Shown: positions 15,683 to 25,671, numbered from the stretch's first letter. The stretch: 32,000 nucleotides of DNA from Microcystis aeruginosa NIES-2549 (GCF_000981785.2 NZ_CP011304.1:660001-692000); one strand, 5' to 3'. Translations and numbers: made by a program. The notes: generated by a model from the sequence alone, not told the origin.

Positions 15683-18310
15683 GTGCTGGGATCGTCTTTC
15701 CGTCTTGATCATCTTTTTAAAAAGCGCCTCATTACCTGCCTTTTCTCCTGTGTTGCTGTCTTGCTACCGATCCCAGTTTTAGCGACACCGGTGGCAGTGT
15801 TAAAAAGTCAGGAAAATGCCAATCAATGGACAGCTATCACTGATCGTTTGCAAAATGTCGGGGTTAATTACTGCATTCTCCAGAGTAATCAGTGGCAAAG
15901 CGACGCGGATTTAAATAAAATTAAGGTTCTAATCATCCCCAACGTCGAGACTATTTCCGGTTTACAAGCTAGTGTCTTGAGTCGTTGGCTGAATCGCGGT
16001 GGTAAAATTATTGTCACAGGTCCGGCGGGAAATCTTTCGGAACCTGCGGTGCGTGATCAATTGCGATCGCTATTTGGGGCTTACTGGGCCTATCCTCACT
16101 CCCAAGCTTACACCCTGCGACCGACTAATTTAGGTGAAGTGAAAAACCAAAAACCCTTAGCCAGCAGTCTCCTCGGTGGTGTGGTTATCCCGACGGGAGT
16201 TAATAGCCAAACCGTCGCCGTTTGGGGAGCGCGCAACAATCCCCCCGCCGTTGTCCTCAATAATAACTCGATCTTTCTCGGTTGGCGCTGGGGCAGCGAT
16301 GCCGTCGCTAATCTCGCCCTCGATAGCGCTTGGCTAGAAACCGCCCTGCAACGCTACGGCATTAATCGCAGTTCTTCTCTTAACACAATTGCGCCCTATT
16401 GTCAAGGAAACTCAACAATAGTTAATAATATTAATAATACACCAACAGCGACCGCGCCCCGTCCCCCTCTACCCCAGATTTCAGAAAATCCCCCCAGTGA
16501 AACGGCGAGATTAAGTCCGAATACCGAGGCAATTCCCCCCAGAGCGAGCCTAACTCCTCAACAAATTAGCCAAATGACGGCGGAATTACAGGGATTAATC
16601 GGGCGTTATGGAGCGACTCTCTTAGCTTTAGAGGCCAGTAATAGTAATATATCCAATACTGATAAATCCTTAGCACAAGCATTTCATAATCGTGCGAAAA
16701 ACTCCCCCACCACAGATACAGCCAGACGATTCCGTTTAGCCCTAGAAAATGCCCAAGGAGCCTTAAATAATTTTCAGAATTTAATCGCTCAGGGGGACTA
16801 TACCCAAGCGCGGGAATTTTGGTTACAAGCGCGGCGAAATCTTTGGGATCATTATCCCACTAATCGACAATTTGCCCAACCAGAAATACGGGCAATGTGG
16901 TTAGATCGAGGCACGATCGTAGAAGCTAAAAATGAGGAGGATTTAGCTAAAGTATTCGATCGCATGGCGGCAGCGGGTATTAATGTGGTCTTTTTCGAGA
17001 CAGTTAATGCTAGTTATACTATTTATCCCAGTCAAGTTGCCCCCGAACAAAATCCTTTAACTAGAGGTTGGGATCCCCTCAAAGTTGCCGTTAAATTAGC
17101 CCATGAACGCAATATGGAAATCCACGCTTGGGTGTGGGTTTTTGCGGCGGCTAATCAAGCTCATAATAAGGTATTAGAGCAACCGTTAGATTATCTCGGT
17201 CCAGTTTTATCGCGTAATCCCGATTGGGGAGCAACTAATAAAAGTGGTGGTTCTTTTGATTATAGTCAAGGCACGAAAAAGGCCTTTTTTGATCCTGCTA
17301 ATCCCGACGTACAAAACTATCTTTTATCTCTTTACGAGGAAATTGTCAAGAATTACGACGTGGATGGCTTGCAGTTAGATTATATTCGCTATCCCTTCCA
17401 GAATCAAAATTCTAATCAAACCTATGGTTATGGTAAATCCAGCCGTTGGTTATTTAAACAAATGACGGGAGTTGATCCCATTACTTTAAATCACCGGGGT
17501 GCTTTATGGGAACAATGGACTAGCTTTAAAATCCGTCATGTTGATACTTTTGTCTCGCAGGTTTCTACTCGCTTAAAACAGATTCGCCCCCACTTAAAAA
17601 TATCGGCGGCGGTGTTTCCCATAGAACAAAAAGAACGATTATATCGTATTCAACAAAACTGGGAAGAATGGGGACAAAATCAATGGATAGACCTGATCTT
17701 TTTAATGACTTACGCTCTTGATACAGGGACTTTAGAAGAGAAAACCCAGTCTTTATTTGATCGCAAAATTGCAGGAAATGCTCTGATTGTACCCGGTATC
17801 CGTCTGTTAAAAGTACCCGATCAAGTCACCATCGATCAACTACAATTTATTCGCAATCTTCCCACTTCGGGATTCGCTCTTTTTGCCACAGAAAATCTCA
17901 ATCCCAACCTACAAACAATTCTTAATCGCATTCAGGGATCGATAATTACGAAAAAAGCTGAACCTTTACCCCACCGTCAACCCTTTAAAACGGCAGCGGC
18001 GCGGTTTAATTCTCTGCGTCAAGAGTGGAGTTTTTTAATAGTGAATAATCTATGGGCAATGGAGGAGCGAACCTTAAAAGCTTGGGGTCAAGAAGTGGAC
18101 GAAATGGCTAATCTATTAGAACAATTAGCTACTAATCCCAGCCCTCGCAATTTGACTTTAACTCAAAATGCTTTAAAGCGATTTAGCTATCAATTTAAAT
18201 CTGTGATGTCCAGACAAAAAGATTTATCTGCCTATCAAATACAAGTCTGGGAAAATCGCCTCGCAACCCTACAAAGTCTCCTAAGTTATGGTCAAAGGGT
18301 TGAGTTTTAA
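15683..18310 (+). CDS. Glycoside-hydrolase-like family 10 (GHL10/DUF187, YngK-like) exported protein with long N-terminal region
   Basis: 875 aa with a GTG start and a signal-like N-terminus. The core is MWLDRGTIV...GINVVFFETVN...HAWVWVF...FFDPANPDVQNYLLSLYEEIVKNYDVDGLQLDYIRYP. Confidence 0.7.
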   Translation: MLGSSFRLDHLFKKRLITCLFSCVAVLLPIPVLATPVAVLKSQENANQWTAITDRLQNVGVNYCILQSNQWQSDADLNKIKVLIIPNVETISGLQASVLSRWLNRGGKIIVTGPAGNLSEPAVRDQLRSLFGAYWAYPHSQAYTLRPTNLGEVKNQKPLASSLLGGVVIPTGVNSQTVAVWGARNNPPAVVLNNNSIFLGWRWGSDAVANLALDSAWLETALQRYGINRSSSLNTIAPYCQGNSTIVNNINNTPTATAPRPPLPQISENPPSETARLSPNTEAIPPRASLTPQQISQMTAELQGLIGRYGATLLALEASNSNISNTDKSLAQAFHNRAKNSPTTDTARRFRLALENAQGALNNFQNLIAQGDYTQAREFWLQARRNLWDHYPTNRQFAQPEIRAMWLDRGTIVEAKNEEDLAKVFDRMAAAGINVVFFETVNASYTIYPSQVAPEQNPLTRGWDPLKVAVKLAHERNMEIHAWVWVFAAANQAHNKVLEQPLDYLGPVLSRNPDWGATNKSGGSFDYSQGTKKAFFDPANPDVQNYLLSLYEEIVKNYDVDGLQLDYIRYPFQNQNSNQTYGYGKSSRWLFKQMTGVDPITLNHRGALWEQWTSFKIRHVDTFVSQVSTRLKQIRPHLKISAAVFPIEQKERLYRIQQNWEEWGQNQWIDLIFLMTYALDTGTLEEKTQSLFDRKIAGNALIVPGIRLLKVPDQVTIDQLQFIRNLPTSGFALFATENLNPNLQTILNRIQGSIITKKAEPLPHRQPFKTAAARFNSLRQEWSFLIVNNLWAMEERTLKAWGQEVDEMANLLEQLATNPSPRNLTLTQNALKRFSYQFKSVMSRQKDLSAYQIQVWENRLATLQSLLSYGQRVEF

Positions 18311-18430
18311 GTAGTCGTGCAGAATTAATTTCCCAGTCGAGATAGGCACTCTGGCAAGAGACAGCTGAGGGCTGTTTTATCCCTACTCCCCTGGTCCCTA
18401 ATCTGTTTCCCAGCCACCAAAACCCGATCA

Positions 18431-18471
18431 AAATAAAAGACAGCCAGAAGCCTTTATTCAGCTTCTGACTG
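18431..18471 (-). terminator. Rho-independent terminator of rpsU (also closes the convergent GHL10 gene)
   Basis: Stem CAGtCAGAAGC / GCTTCTGgCTG (11 bp, one mismatch) with a 9-nt loop. On the minus strand it is followed by TCTTTTATTTT. Confidence 0.6.
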
Positions 18472-18478
18472 GTGGAAT

Positions 18479-18661
18479 TTAACGACGACGGGTTCTTTGT
18501 CGTCTTCGGGCTACTGCTTTACGCTTTCTCTTTTCTTGAGGGGTTTCAAAAAATTGATGCTTTTTGATATCCGCATAAATTCCCGCTTTCGCTACCTGTC
18601 GCTTAAAACGACGTAGGGCTGATTCGATCGCCTCGTTCTGACCAACTACCACTTGGGTCAT
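18479..18661 (-). CDS. rpsU: 30S ribosomal protein S21
   Basis: 60 aa. The sequence is [28 protein letters not shown]...[23 protein letters not shown] lies upstream. Confidence 0.9.
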   Translation of the reverse strand: MTQVVVGQNEAIESALRRFKRQVAKAGIYADIKKHQFFETPQEKRKRKAVARRRQRTRRR

Positions 18662-18833
18662 TAACCTAATTCACCTCCTGTAATTGCTCTCTGCCTAAAA
18701 AATGCCAACTTCTCATTATAGCACAATCTAGCGTAAAAAGCGATCAAGGCGGCCTTTAATTAAGGAGAAATTTAACGGGAGTCCTCTTGCTCCATTTAGA
18801 TAGCTAATTTGTTGCTGTTAGCAATTATAGCTC

Positions 18834-20339
18834 TCAAAAGGGAGTGGGAATGATTAGATCAAGTTTAGTTTCGGTCTGAGGATGACGAAAAGATAATTGT
18901 TTAGCGTGCAGGTATAAACGGTCAGACTGCTTACCATTGTACAAAAGATCGCCTAAAATTCCTATACCTAATCCCGCTTGACTATGAACACGAATTTGAT
19001 GGGTTCTTCCCGTGTAGGGAATAAATTCGAGGCGAGAATAATTGCCTTCTTTACCGATAACTTTAAAATAGGTTTGACTAGCTTTTCCCCGTTGCCAATC
19101 CACAGTTTGATAGGGTCGATTTTGCGGATTTCCCCAGAGAGGTAGGTCAATTATGCCCGATTCTCGCTCAACAACTTCTGATAATATAGCTTCGTAGATT
19201 TTCTCCACTTCTCGCCGTTGAAATTGTTGGGATAAACAACGATAAATATCTAAACTTTTAGCTAGTAATAATATACCAGAAGTTTCTCGGTCTAAACGAT
19301 GAACTGGAATGACATTTTTTCCCTGACGACGAAACCGATTGACCACAGCATCTTGACTATCTTGATAACGTCCTGCTACCGATAATAATCCTGCGGGTTT
19401 ATTAATAGCAATTATTCCCTCGTCTTCGTAGATAATTTCTAGGGATGAACGTAAACCAGAGAGTAAAAAACCCATGAGAGGTTGACATCTTTCTTGACAA
19501 GCGCCATAAAATTCTCCCTGTTTTCTATCTCGATTCGATTCTCCCCACCAAAATTCGGCCATGGCGACAGGTTTTAATCCTTTCATGGCGGCATAATTTA
19601 ATAATTTCGGGGCGCAACATTCCCCTGTTCCCGTCGGTAACAAATTACTGCCCATCAATTTAGCTAAGGAGAGAGATTGTCCAGAAAAGTTATTTAAACA
19701 GTAGGATTGATACAGCAATTCCTGTAACTGTTTGGAGAGTTTCCTACGCTGTTGCTTAAGTTCAATAATTCTCTGATTGGCTACGTTTATTTTATCAATT
19801 AAGGGGTCTAAAACTTGTTTTTGTTCCTGTTTTAATTGCTTTCTTGCTCTTTTTTCCTGACGACTGATATTATTTAATTTTTCTAATTCTTCTGGCTTTA
19901 AATTTCCTAAATTTCTTAATCTATTTCGTTCCTGTTTATGGTTTTGATGTTGTTGCTGTAAAGCTTGTATTTTGCACTCAAAATTTGCTTGATTGAGTCG
20001 ATATAAATTATGTTCGGGAATTGATTGTAGGGTGATAATTTCCTGTTTAATTGTTTCTAAAAGTTGCAAAACTCGCTTTTCTTCCAGCATAATTTTTTCT
20101 CTCCCCACTAGGGACGGAACCCAGCCAGCAGCTTCTCCCTGTCCAGAAAAAGCTTTTAAAATTTCTATTTCGCCAGCGGCATTTTCTCCTAACAAAATCC
20201 CATACATTTTACCTTGAGGATTGGTGATAGTTGTCATCAAATCTTGGGCGATTTTTTCAGCCAAAAGAGTGCGGGGCAAGCGCAATAACTCGCCCGTTTC
20301 GGGACAAATTCCTTGATAATAATAAGTAACTTCCTTCAC
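18834..20339 (-). CDS. RluA-family pseudouridine synthase with ~300-aa N-terminal extension
   Basis: The C-terminal ~200 aa contain IIAINKPAGLLSV and the catalytic HRLDRETSGILLLAK. The N-terminal part has a long Q/K/E-rich predicted coiled coil and Cys motifs (ECCAPK, ACQERCQP). Confidence 0.8.
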   Translation of the reverse strand: MKEVTYYYQGICPETGELLRLPRTLLAEKIAQDLMTTITNPQGKMYGILLGENAAGEIEILKAFSGQGEAAGWVPSLVGREKIMLEEKRVLQLLETIKQEIITLQSIPEHNLYRLNQANFECKIQALQQQHQNHKQERNRLRNLGNLKPEELEKLNNISRQEKRARKQLKQEQKQVLDPLIDKINVANQRIIELKQQRRKLSKQLQELLYQSYCLNNFSGQSLSLAKLMGSNLLPTGTGECCAPKLLNYAAMKGLKPVAMAEFWWGESNRDRKQGEFYGACQERCQPLMGFLLSGLRSSLEIIYEDEGIIAINKPAGLLSVAGRYQDSQDAVVNRFRRQGKNVIPVHRLDRETSGILLLAKSLDIYRCLSQQFQRREVEKIYEAILSEVVERESGIIDLPLWGNPQNRPYQTVDWQRGKASQTYFKVIGKEGNYSRLEFIPYTGRTHQIRVHSQAGLGIGILGDLLYNGKQSDRLYLHAKQLSFRHPQTETKLDLIIPTPF

Positions 20340-20373
20340 TCTTTAAGAACAGGAAAAGGGGCTAGAGATACCC

Positions 20374-21636
20374 CTAAGAAAAACAATTGGCAAAGAAATC
20401 AATAGTTTCCTGTAAAGCGACAATAAAGCTATCAATTTCTTCGCGGGTATTATAAAAATATAGACTTGCCCGCGCGCTGCCAGAAGCATCAAAAAGGCGG
20501 TGTAGAGGTTGGGTACAGTGATGACCAGAACGAATAGCGATTCCTTCGTGGTCTAATAAAGTAGCTAAATCACTAGCATGAATCCCTTCCACATTAAAGG
20601 CGGCTAAACTAGCCCGACCTTGGCCCGTTAAACTAGGTGGCGGCCCGTAAATTCTTAAACCCTCAATTTCTCCTAATTTTTTGAACAAATAGGCGGTTAA
20701 CTCTTCTTCGTAGGCATGAATATTATCCATCCCTAAACCCATTAAATATTCTACCGCAGCACCGAGGGCAATCGCTTCGCCAATAGCGGGGGTTCCGGCT
20801 TCAAATTTGTGGGGCAGTTCCGCACAGGTAAAATGGTCTAAATAGACTTCCGCAATCATTTCGCCACCACCAAAAAAGGGCGGCATTGCCTCTAAAATCG
20901 CCTCTTTGCCATACAAAAATCCAATACCGGTGGGGGCGCACATTTTATGACCACTAGCCACCAACCAATCACAATCTATGGACTGCACATCAATGGCTAA
21001 ATGGGGGACACTTTGACAGGCATCAATTAATACTTTCGCACCGACTTGATGGGCAAGGCTGACTATTTCGGCAACCGGATTAATACAGCCTAATGTATTA
21101 GAAACATGGAGGACAGCAACTAATTTAGTTTTGTCAGATAACAAGGATTTATATTGTTCTAAATCAAAGCTTTCTTCGCTGGTTAACTGCACATATTTAA
21201 TCACTGCCCCCGTCTTTTGGCAGACGATTTGCCAGGGGATTAAATTACTGTGGTGTTCCATAACCGAGAGAATAATTTCATCCCCTGCTTTCAGGGTATT
21301 TAATGCCCAACTGTAGGCGACTAAATTAATCGCTTCCGTGGCGTTGCGAGTATAGACAATTTCCTGACGAGAAGCGGCATTAATAAACCTAGCCACCTTA
21401 TCTCTGGCCCCTTCGTAGGCTTCCGTTGCCCGGACACTTAAAGTATGCGCCCCCCGATGCACATTGGCGTTATCTTTTTCGTAATAGTTTCGCAGGGTTT
21501 CTAATACTTGAATGGGTTTTTGGGAAGTGGCGGCACTATCGAGGTAGATAAGGGGTTTATCGTGTACGGTTTGATGGAGGATAGGGAAATCGGCGCGGAC
21601 TTTTTGGGCGAGGGTTTTTTCTTGGATAATTGTCAT
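20374..21636 (-). CDS. sufS: Cysteine desulfurase SufS (group II)
   Basis: 420 aa. PLP-lysine context [16 protein letters not shown] and active-site [10 protein letters not shown]. It is the last gene of the suf operon. Confidence 0.9.
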   Translation of the reverse strand: MTIIQEKTLAQKVRADFPILHQTVHDKPLIYLDSAATSQKPIQVLETLRNYYEKDNANVHRGAHTLSVRATEAYEGARDKVARFINAASRQEIVYTRNATEAINLVAYSWALNTLKAGDEIILSVMEHHSNLIPWQIVCQKTGAVIKYVQLTSEESFDLEQYKSLLSDKTKLVAVLHVSNTLGCINPVAEIVSLAHQVGAKVLIDACQSVPHLAIDVQSIDCDWLVASGHKMCAPTGIGFLYGKEAILEAMPPFFGGGEMIAEVYLDHFTCAELPHKFEAGTPAIGEAIALGAAVEYLMGLGMDNIHAYEEELTAYLFKKLGEIEGLRIYGPPPSLTGQGRASLAAFNVEGIHASDLATLLDHEGIAIRSGHHCTQPLHRLFDASGSARASLYFYNTREEIDSFIVALQETIDFFANCFS

Positions 21637-21691
21637 TTTAGTCAGGAGTCAGAGGGGTACTTTGGGCGGGTTGACACCCACCCCGGTAGAG

Positions 21692-23017
21692 TTATTCCAC
21701 ACTGCGACAGGCGACGCATTGCCCCAATCTTTGGCGGAGGGATTCTAGAGGAATTTTAGCTAAAATCTCGGCCGAGAAAGCATCAATTAACAAACTGCGG
21801 GCGGTGTCGGCGCTTAAGCCCCGGCTTTGCAGATAGAATAAATCATCGGCTTCCAGTTGGCTAACGGTTGCCCCGTGGGAACATTTGACGTTATCGGCGG
21901 TAATTTGTAATTCCGGTTTGGTGTTGACTCGTGCCTTGTTAGAAATTAACAAATTCCGATTTAACTGGGAGGCGTTGGTTAATTGGGCGGGTTTGGGAAC
22001 AAACACTTTACCATTAAAGATGGCGTGAGCGCTACCATCAACGATACATTTATGCAGTTGCTTGGTGATGCCGTGGGGATGGTTGAGATAGATGGCGCTG
22101 TGGGTATCGGCGGTTTGTTGTCCGGTAATCATGGCTAATCCGTGCAGATTTGTCTCGGTTTGTTCGCCTTTTTGCAGGACATCGAGGTTATGACGGCAGA
22201 GTTTAGCTCCTAGATTTATCTCGTTGAGAGTGTAACGGCTATCGTGCGCTTGTTCAATTATCGTGCGTCCGATGTGAAAACCATCTCCCGATTCCCGTTG
22301 TACTCTGGTATGGATGACCTCGGCGTTGGCTTCGAGGTAAATTTCCGTGACAGCGTTGGTGAAATAAGAGTAATTTACAGGTAAATCGGAGCAATGTTCG
22401 GCTAAAGCTCCGTAATTCTCGATAATATTGACACTAGCTCCTGTTTCCGCCACGATTAGGCTATGGGGCTGATAAAAGCGGGGAATTTCCTCCACAACGG
22501 TGATAAATAGGAGATGTATCGGGGTTGTGACGACGGTGTTAGCGGTGACGTGAATTACTGCCCCATCGCTTAGTCCAGCTTGGTTGAGTGCGGTAAAAAA
22601 TTCGGGTGTTTTTTCTTTCCCTAGATAGTTGACAAGAACATCTTTTTGTGCATTGGCGAGATTGCCGACGCTGACACCGGGGGGTAAAGCGGAAATATCG
22701 GACAATTCGGGCTGATAAATGCCGTTAACGAAGACTAGGTGGCTGTTTTTGGCTTCGGGCAGTAAAAAAACAGCTAGGGCATTTTTATCGATTGTAACGG
22801 TTTGGGGGGCGCGAAAATCGATCGCCCAGAGTTGACTTAAATCGGTAAATTGCCATTCTTCATCTTTTCTGCCAGGGATGGCTAATTCTTGAGCTTTACT
22901 GGCTCCCGATTCTCTTAATTCGAGAATTTTACCGTTATCGATAGTGGGAACCGTTTCTCGCGACAATTTTAACAATAATTCTCCTGATTGTTCAGGTTTC
23001 GTGATTATGGCTGTCAT
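21692..23017 (-). CDS. sufD: Fe-S cluster assembly protein SufD
   Basis: I place the start at ATG 23017 (MTAIITKPEQ...). The C-terminus is typical of SufD (ELQITADNVKCSHGATVSQLEADDLFYLQSRGL). The 59 N-terminal residues in the ORF track (MKKFSPP..PHTPHPTPHYPTTPLP..) are a translation of microsatellites. Confidence 0.85.
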   Translation of the reverse strand: MTAIITKPEQSGELLLKLSRETVPTIDNGKILELRESGASKAQELAIPGRKDEEWQFTDLSQLWAIDFRAPQTVTIDKNALAVFLLPEAKNSHLVFVNGIYQPELSDISALPPGVSVGNLANAQKDVLVNYLGKEKTPEFFTALNQAGLSDGAVIHVTANTVVTTPIHLLFITVVEEIPRFYQPHSLIVAETGASVNIIENYGALAEHCSDLPVNYSYFTNAVTEIYLEANAEVIHTRVQRESGDGFHIGRTIIEQAHDSRYTLNEINLGAKLCRHNLDVLQKGEQTETNLHGLAMITGQQTADTHSAIYLNHPHGITKQLHKCIVDGSAHAIFNGKVFVPKPAQLTNASQLNRNLLISNKARVNTKPELQITADNVKCSHGATVSQLEADDLFYLQSRGLSADTARSLLIDAFSAEILAKIPLESLRQRLGQCVACRSVE

Positions 23018-23260
23018 TGGTAAGAGGGGGTGGGGTTTGGGGGTTGGGGTGTAGGGTGTAGGGTGTGGGGTGTGGGGTAGTGGGGTAGTGGGGTAGTGGG
23101 GTAGTGGGGTAGTGGGGTAGTGGGGTGTGGGGTGTGGGGTGTGGGGTGTGGGGAAGGAAACCTCTTTCATCTCTGGTGGTGAAAATTTTTTCATCGGGAC
23201 TGACTACTGATAACTGATAACTGATAACTGATAACTGATAACTGATAACTGATAACTAGA
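23018..23260 (-). repeat. Composite repeat element, copy B, filling the entire sufC-sufD intergenic region
   Basis: Reading the minus strand: (TCAGTTA-phase heptamer)7 at 23208-23256, the core at 23152-23205, then (ACACCCC)4 at 23122-23149, (ACTACCCC)6 at 23074-23121 and further C-rich units to 23026. Confidence 0.9.
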
Positions 23261-24031
23261 TTATTTAACGGCTAATACTTGTTCGTCGAGGAAATCGTAG
23301 CCAGTTCTTTCTAATTCGAGGGCTAATTCTTTACCGCCACTGGTGACAATGCGCCCATCGTACATAACATGAATAACATCGGGTTCAATGTAGTTGAGCA
23401 GACGCTGATAGTGAGTGATAAGTAAAAAAGCGTTATCGGGAGTAGCTAAGTGATTGACTCCCTGGGCAACAATTCGCAAAGCATCGATGTCTAAACCGGA
23501 GTCAATTTCATCGAGAATTCCTAAAGTAGGTTCTAATAAAGCCATTTGTAGGATTTCATTACGTTTTTTCTCACCACCGGAGAAACCTTCGTTTAAACTT
23601 CTGCCAAGAAAGCTAGGATTCATCTGGACAACTTCTAGTTTTTTCTCGACTAATTCCTCAAAGTCAAAACTATCTAATTCTTCCGAGCCTAGATGTTTTT
23701 GTCTGGCATTATAGGCAACGCGAAGAAAATCAAGGTTACTAACGCCGGGGATTTCTAGGGGATATTGAAAAGCGAGAAAGATCCCCATGAGCGCTCGTTC
23801 ATCAGGTTCTTTTTCTAAAAGGTTTTCGCCTTTATAAATTATTTCTCCCCCAGTTACTTCATAATCGGGATGTCCAGCGATTACTTTGGAAAAGGTGCTT
23901 TTTCCTGAGCCATTGCGCCCCATAATTGCGTGGGTTTCACCTGCTTTAATTTCGAGGTTAACTCCTTTAAGAATCTGGTTTCCGTCAATACTAGCGGTCA
24001 GATTTTTTACCGATAAAATTACTTCACTCAT
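23261..24031 (-). CDS. sufC: Fe-S cluster assembly ATPase SufC
   Basis: 256 aa. Walker A is GRNGSGKST, the ABC signature is [13 protein letters not shown], and Walker B is [12 protein letters not shown]. Confidence 0.95.
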   Translation of the reverse strand: MSEVILSVKNLTASIDGNQILKGVNLEIKAGETHAIMGRNGSGKSTFSKVIAGHPDYEVTGGEIIYKGENLLEKEPDERALMGIFLAFQYPLEIPGVSNLDFLRVAYNARQKHLGSEELDSFDFEELVEKKLEVVQMNPSFLGRSLNEGFSGGEKKRNEILQMALLEPTLGILDEIDSGLDIDALRIVAQGVNHLATPDNAFLLITHYQRLLNYIEPDVIHVMYDGRIVTSGGKELALELERTGYDFLDEQVLAVK

Positions 24032-24103
24032 GGGATGTTTTTCTAGAACAAAAATATTAGTTTTGGTGGTTGACGGCGAATCATCAATTGATGGATAAAT
24101 TGT

Positions 24104-24226
24104 CTTAGCTTTTGGTGGGTTACGGCTATCGCCTAACCCACCCTACTTTACTACTTTACTTAACCCGCCCTACATTACTTAGCTTTTGGTGGGTTACGGC
24201 TATCGCCTAACCCACCCTACTTTACT
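24104..24226. repeat. Two perfect 49-bp direct repeats, each a GGTGGGTTA/TAACCCACC hairpin, between sufB and sufC
   Basis: cttagcttttggtgggttacggctatcgcctaacccaccctactttact occurs at 24104-24152 and 24178-24226. A 25-bp spacer holds a degenerate half-copy (taacccgccctac). Copy 2 ends 2 nt from the sufB stop. Confidence 0.9.
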
Positions 24227-24228
24227 GA

Positions 24229-25671
24229 TTATCCGACGGTTCCTTCTAGCTTGAGACTGAGGAGTTTATCGGCTTCGGCGGCGAATTCCATCGGTAATTT
24301 ACTGAGGACATCCTTACAGAAACCACTGACTAACATAGAGACAGCATCTTCCTCGGAAATACCCCGTTGTGCGAAGTAGAATAATTGGTCTTCACCGATT
24401 TTAGAGGTAGAAGCTTCGTGTTCTACTTTAGCACTGTTGTTATCCACCTGAATATAGGGAAAAGTGTTAGCTTCGGCATTATCTCCAATCAGCATAGAAT
24501 CACACTGGGAGTAATTTCTTGCTCCCTTGGCTTTCGGTCCCATTTTCACTAACCCGCGATAGCTATTTTGGGAGTTACCCGCCGAAATTCCCTTAGAAAT
24601 AATCGTACTCTTGGTGTTGCGGCCGATGTGAATCATTTTCGTACCTGTATCGGCCTGTTGTTTATTATTAGTTAGGGCAATTGAGTAGAATTCCCCAACG
24701 GAATTATCGCCGACTAAGACACAACTGGGATACTTCCAAGTAATTGCTGAACCGGTTTCCACCTGCGTCCAAGAAATCTTAGAATTAACTCCTTTACACA
24801 GACCCCGTTTAGTGACGAAATTGTAAATACCTCCCTTCCCATTGGCATCGCCAGCATACCAATTTTGTACCGTCGAATATTTAATATCCGCATTATCGAG
24901 GGCGACTAATTCCACAACGGCGGCATGAAGTTGATTACTATCGTACATCGGAGCGGTGCAACCCTCTAAATAACTTACCGATGCCCCTTCTTCAGCGACA
25001 ATTAAAGTTCTTTCAAATTGTCCCGTCTCACCGTTATTAATCCGAAAATAGGTGGACAATTCCATCGGACAGGCGACACCTTTGGGGATAAAAACAAAGG
25101 AACCATCGCTAAAAACGGCCGAATTAAGAGCGGCAAAATAATTATCACCCACGGGGACTACAGTACCGAGATATTTTTGTACTAATTCAGGATGTTCCTG
25201 TAAAGCTTCCGAAATAGAACAGAAAATAACCCCCTGTTCTGCTAGTTTTTCTTTAAAAGTTGTGGCGATAGAAACGCTGTCAAAGATAGCATCGACGGCC
25301 ACGTTAGAAAGGCGTTTTTGTTCCGAAAGGGGAATGCCTAATTTTTCAAAGGTTTCGATTAAAGTGGGGTCAACTTCTTCAAGACTGTTGAGTTTTGCTT
25401 TTTTCTGTTTGGGTGCAGAATAGTAGATAATATTTTGATAATCAATGGCAGGATAGGAAACGTGCGGCCAACTGGGTTCGGTCATCTTTTGCCATTGATG
25501 GTAGGCCCGGAGACGAAAATCGAGCATGAATTCCGGTTCCTTCTTTTTCGCCGAAATTAGGCGAATAATCTCCTCATTCAAACCGCGGGGGATGGTTTCC
25601 GATTCGATATCGGTGATGAAACCGTACTTGTAGGGTTGGTTAACGAGGTTTTTAACGGTGGTTGCACTCAT
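24229..25671 (-). CDS. sufB: Fe-S cluster assembly scaffold SufB
   Basis: 480 aa. Conserved SufB blocks are present ([40 protein letters not shown]). Confidence 0.95.
   Translation of the reverse strand: MSATTVKNLVNQPYKYGFITDIESETIPRGLNEEIIRLISAKKKEPEFMLDFRLRAYHQWQKMTEPSWPHVSYPAIDYQNIIYYSAPKQKKAKLNSLEEVDPTLIETFEKLGIPLSEQKRLSNVAVDAIFDSVSIATTFKEKLAEQGVIFCSISEALQEHPELVQKYLGTVVPVGDNYFAALNSAVFSDGSFVFIPKGVACPMELSTYFRINNGETGQFERTLIVAEEGASVSYLEGCTAPMYDSNQLHAAVVELVALDNADIKYSTVQNWYAGDANGKGGIYNFVTKRGLCKGVNSKISWTQVETGSAITWKYPSCVLVGDNSVGEFYSIALTNNKQQADTGTKMIHIGRNTKSTIISKGISAGNSQNSYRGLVKMGPKAKGARNYSQCDSMLIGDNAEANTFPYIQVDNNSAKVEHEASTSKIGEDQLFYFAQRGISEEDAVSMLVSGFCKDVLSKLPMEFAAEADKLLSLKLEGTVG

Noticed and set aside
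21692-23194. 500-aa version of SufD with the N-terminus MKKFSPPEMKEVSFPTPHTPHPTPHYPTTPLPHYPTTPLP...
   Set aside because: The first 59 codons are a translation of heptamer/octamer microsatellites and the dispersed core element. The conserved SufD sequence begins at MTAIITKPEQ (ATG 23017). The in-frame relationship would be lost with any single repeat-unit change.
24104-24226. Short direct-repeat sets as CRISPR arrays (49-bp x2 here; 22-bp x2 at 11332-11419; 26-bp x2 at 31163-31362)
   Set aside because: Each set has only two copies. The spacing is irregular or atypical (25, 44 and 148 bp between copies). The repeats are hairpin/REP-like or low-complexity, and no cas genes or leader are adjacent.
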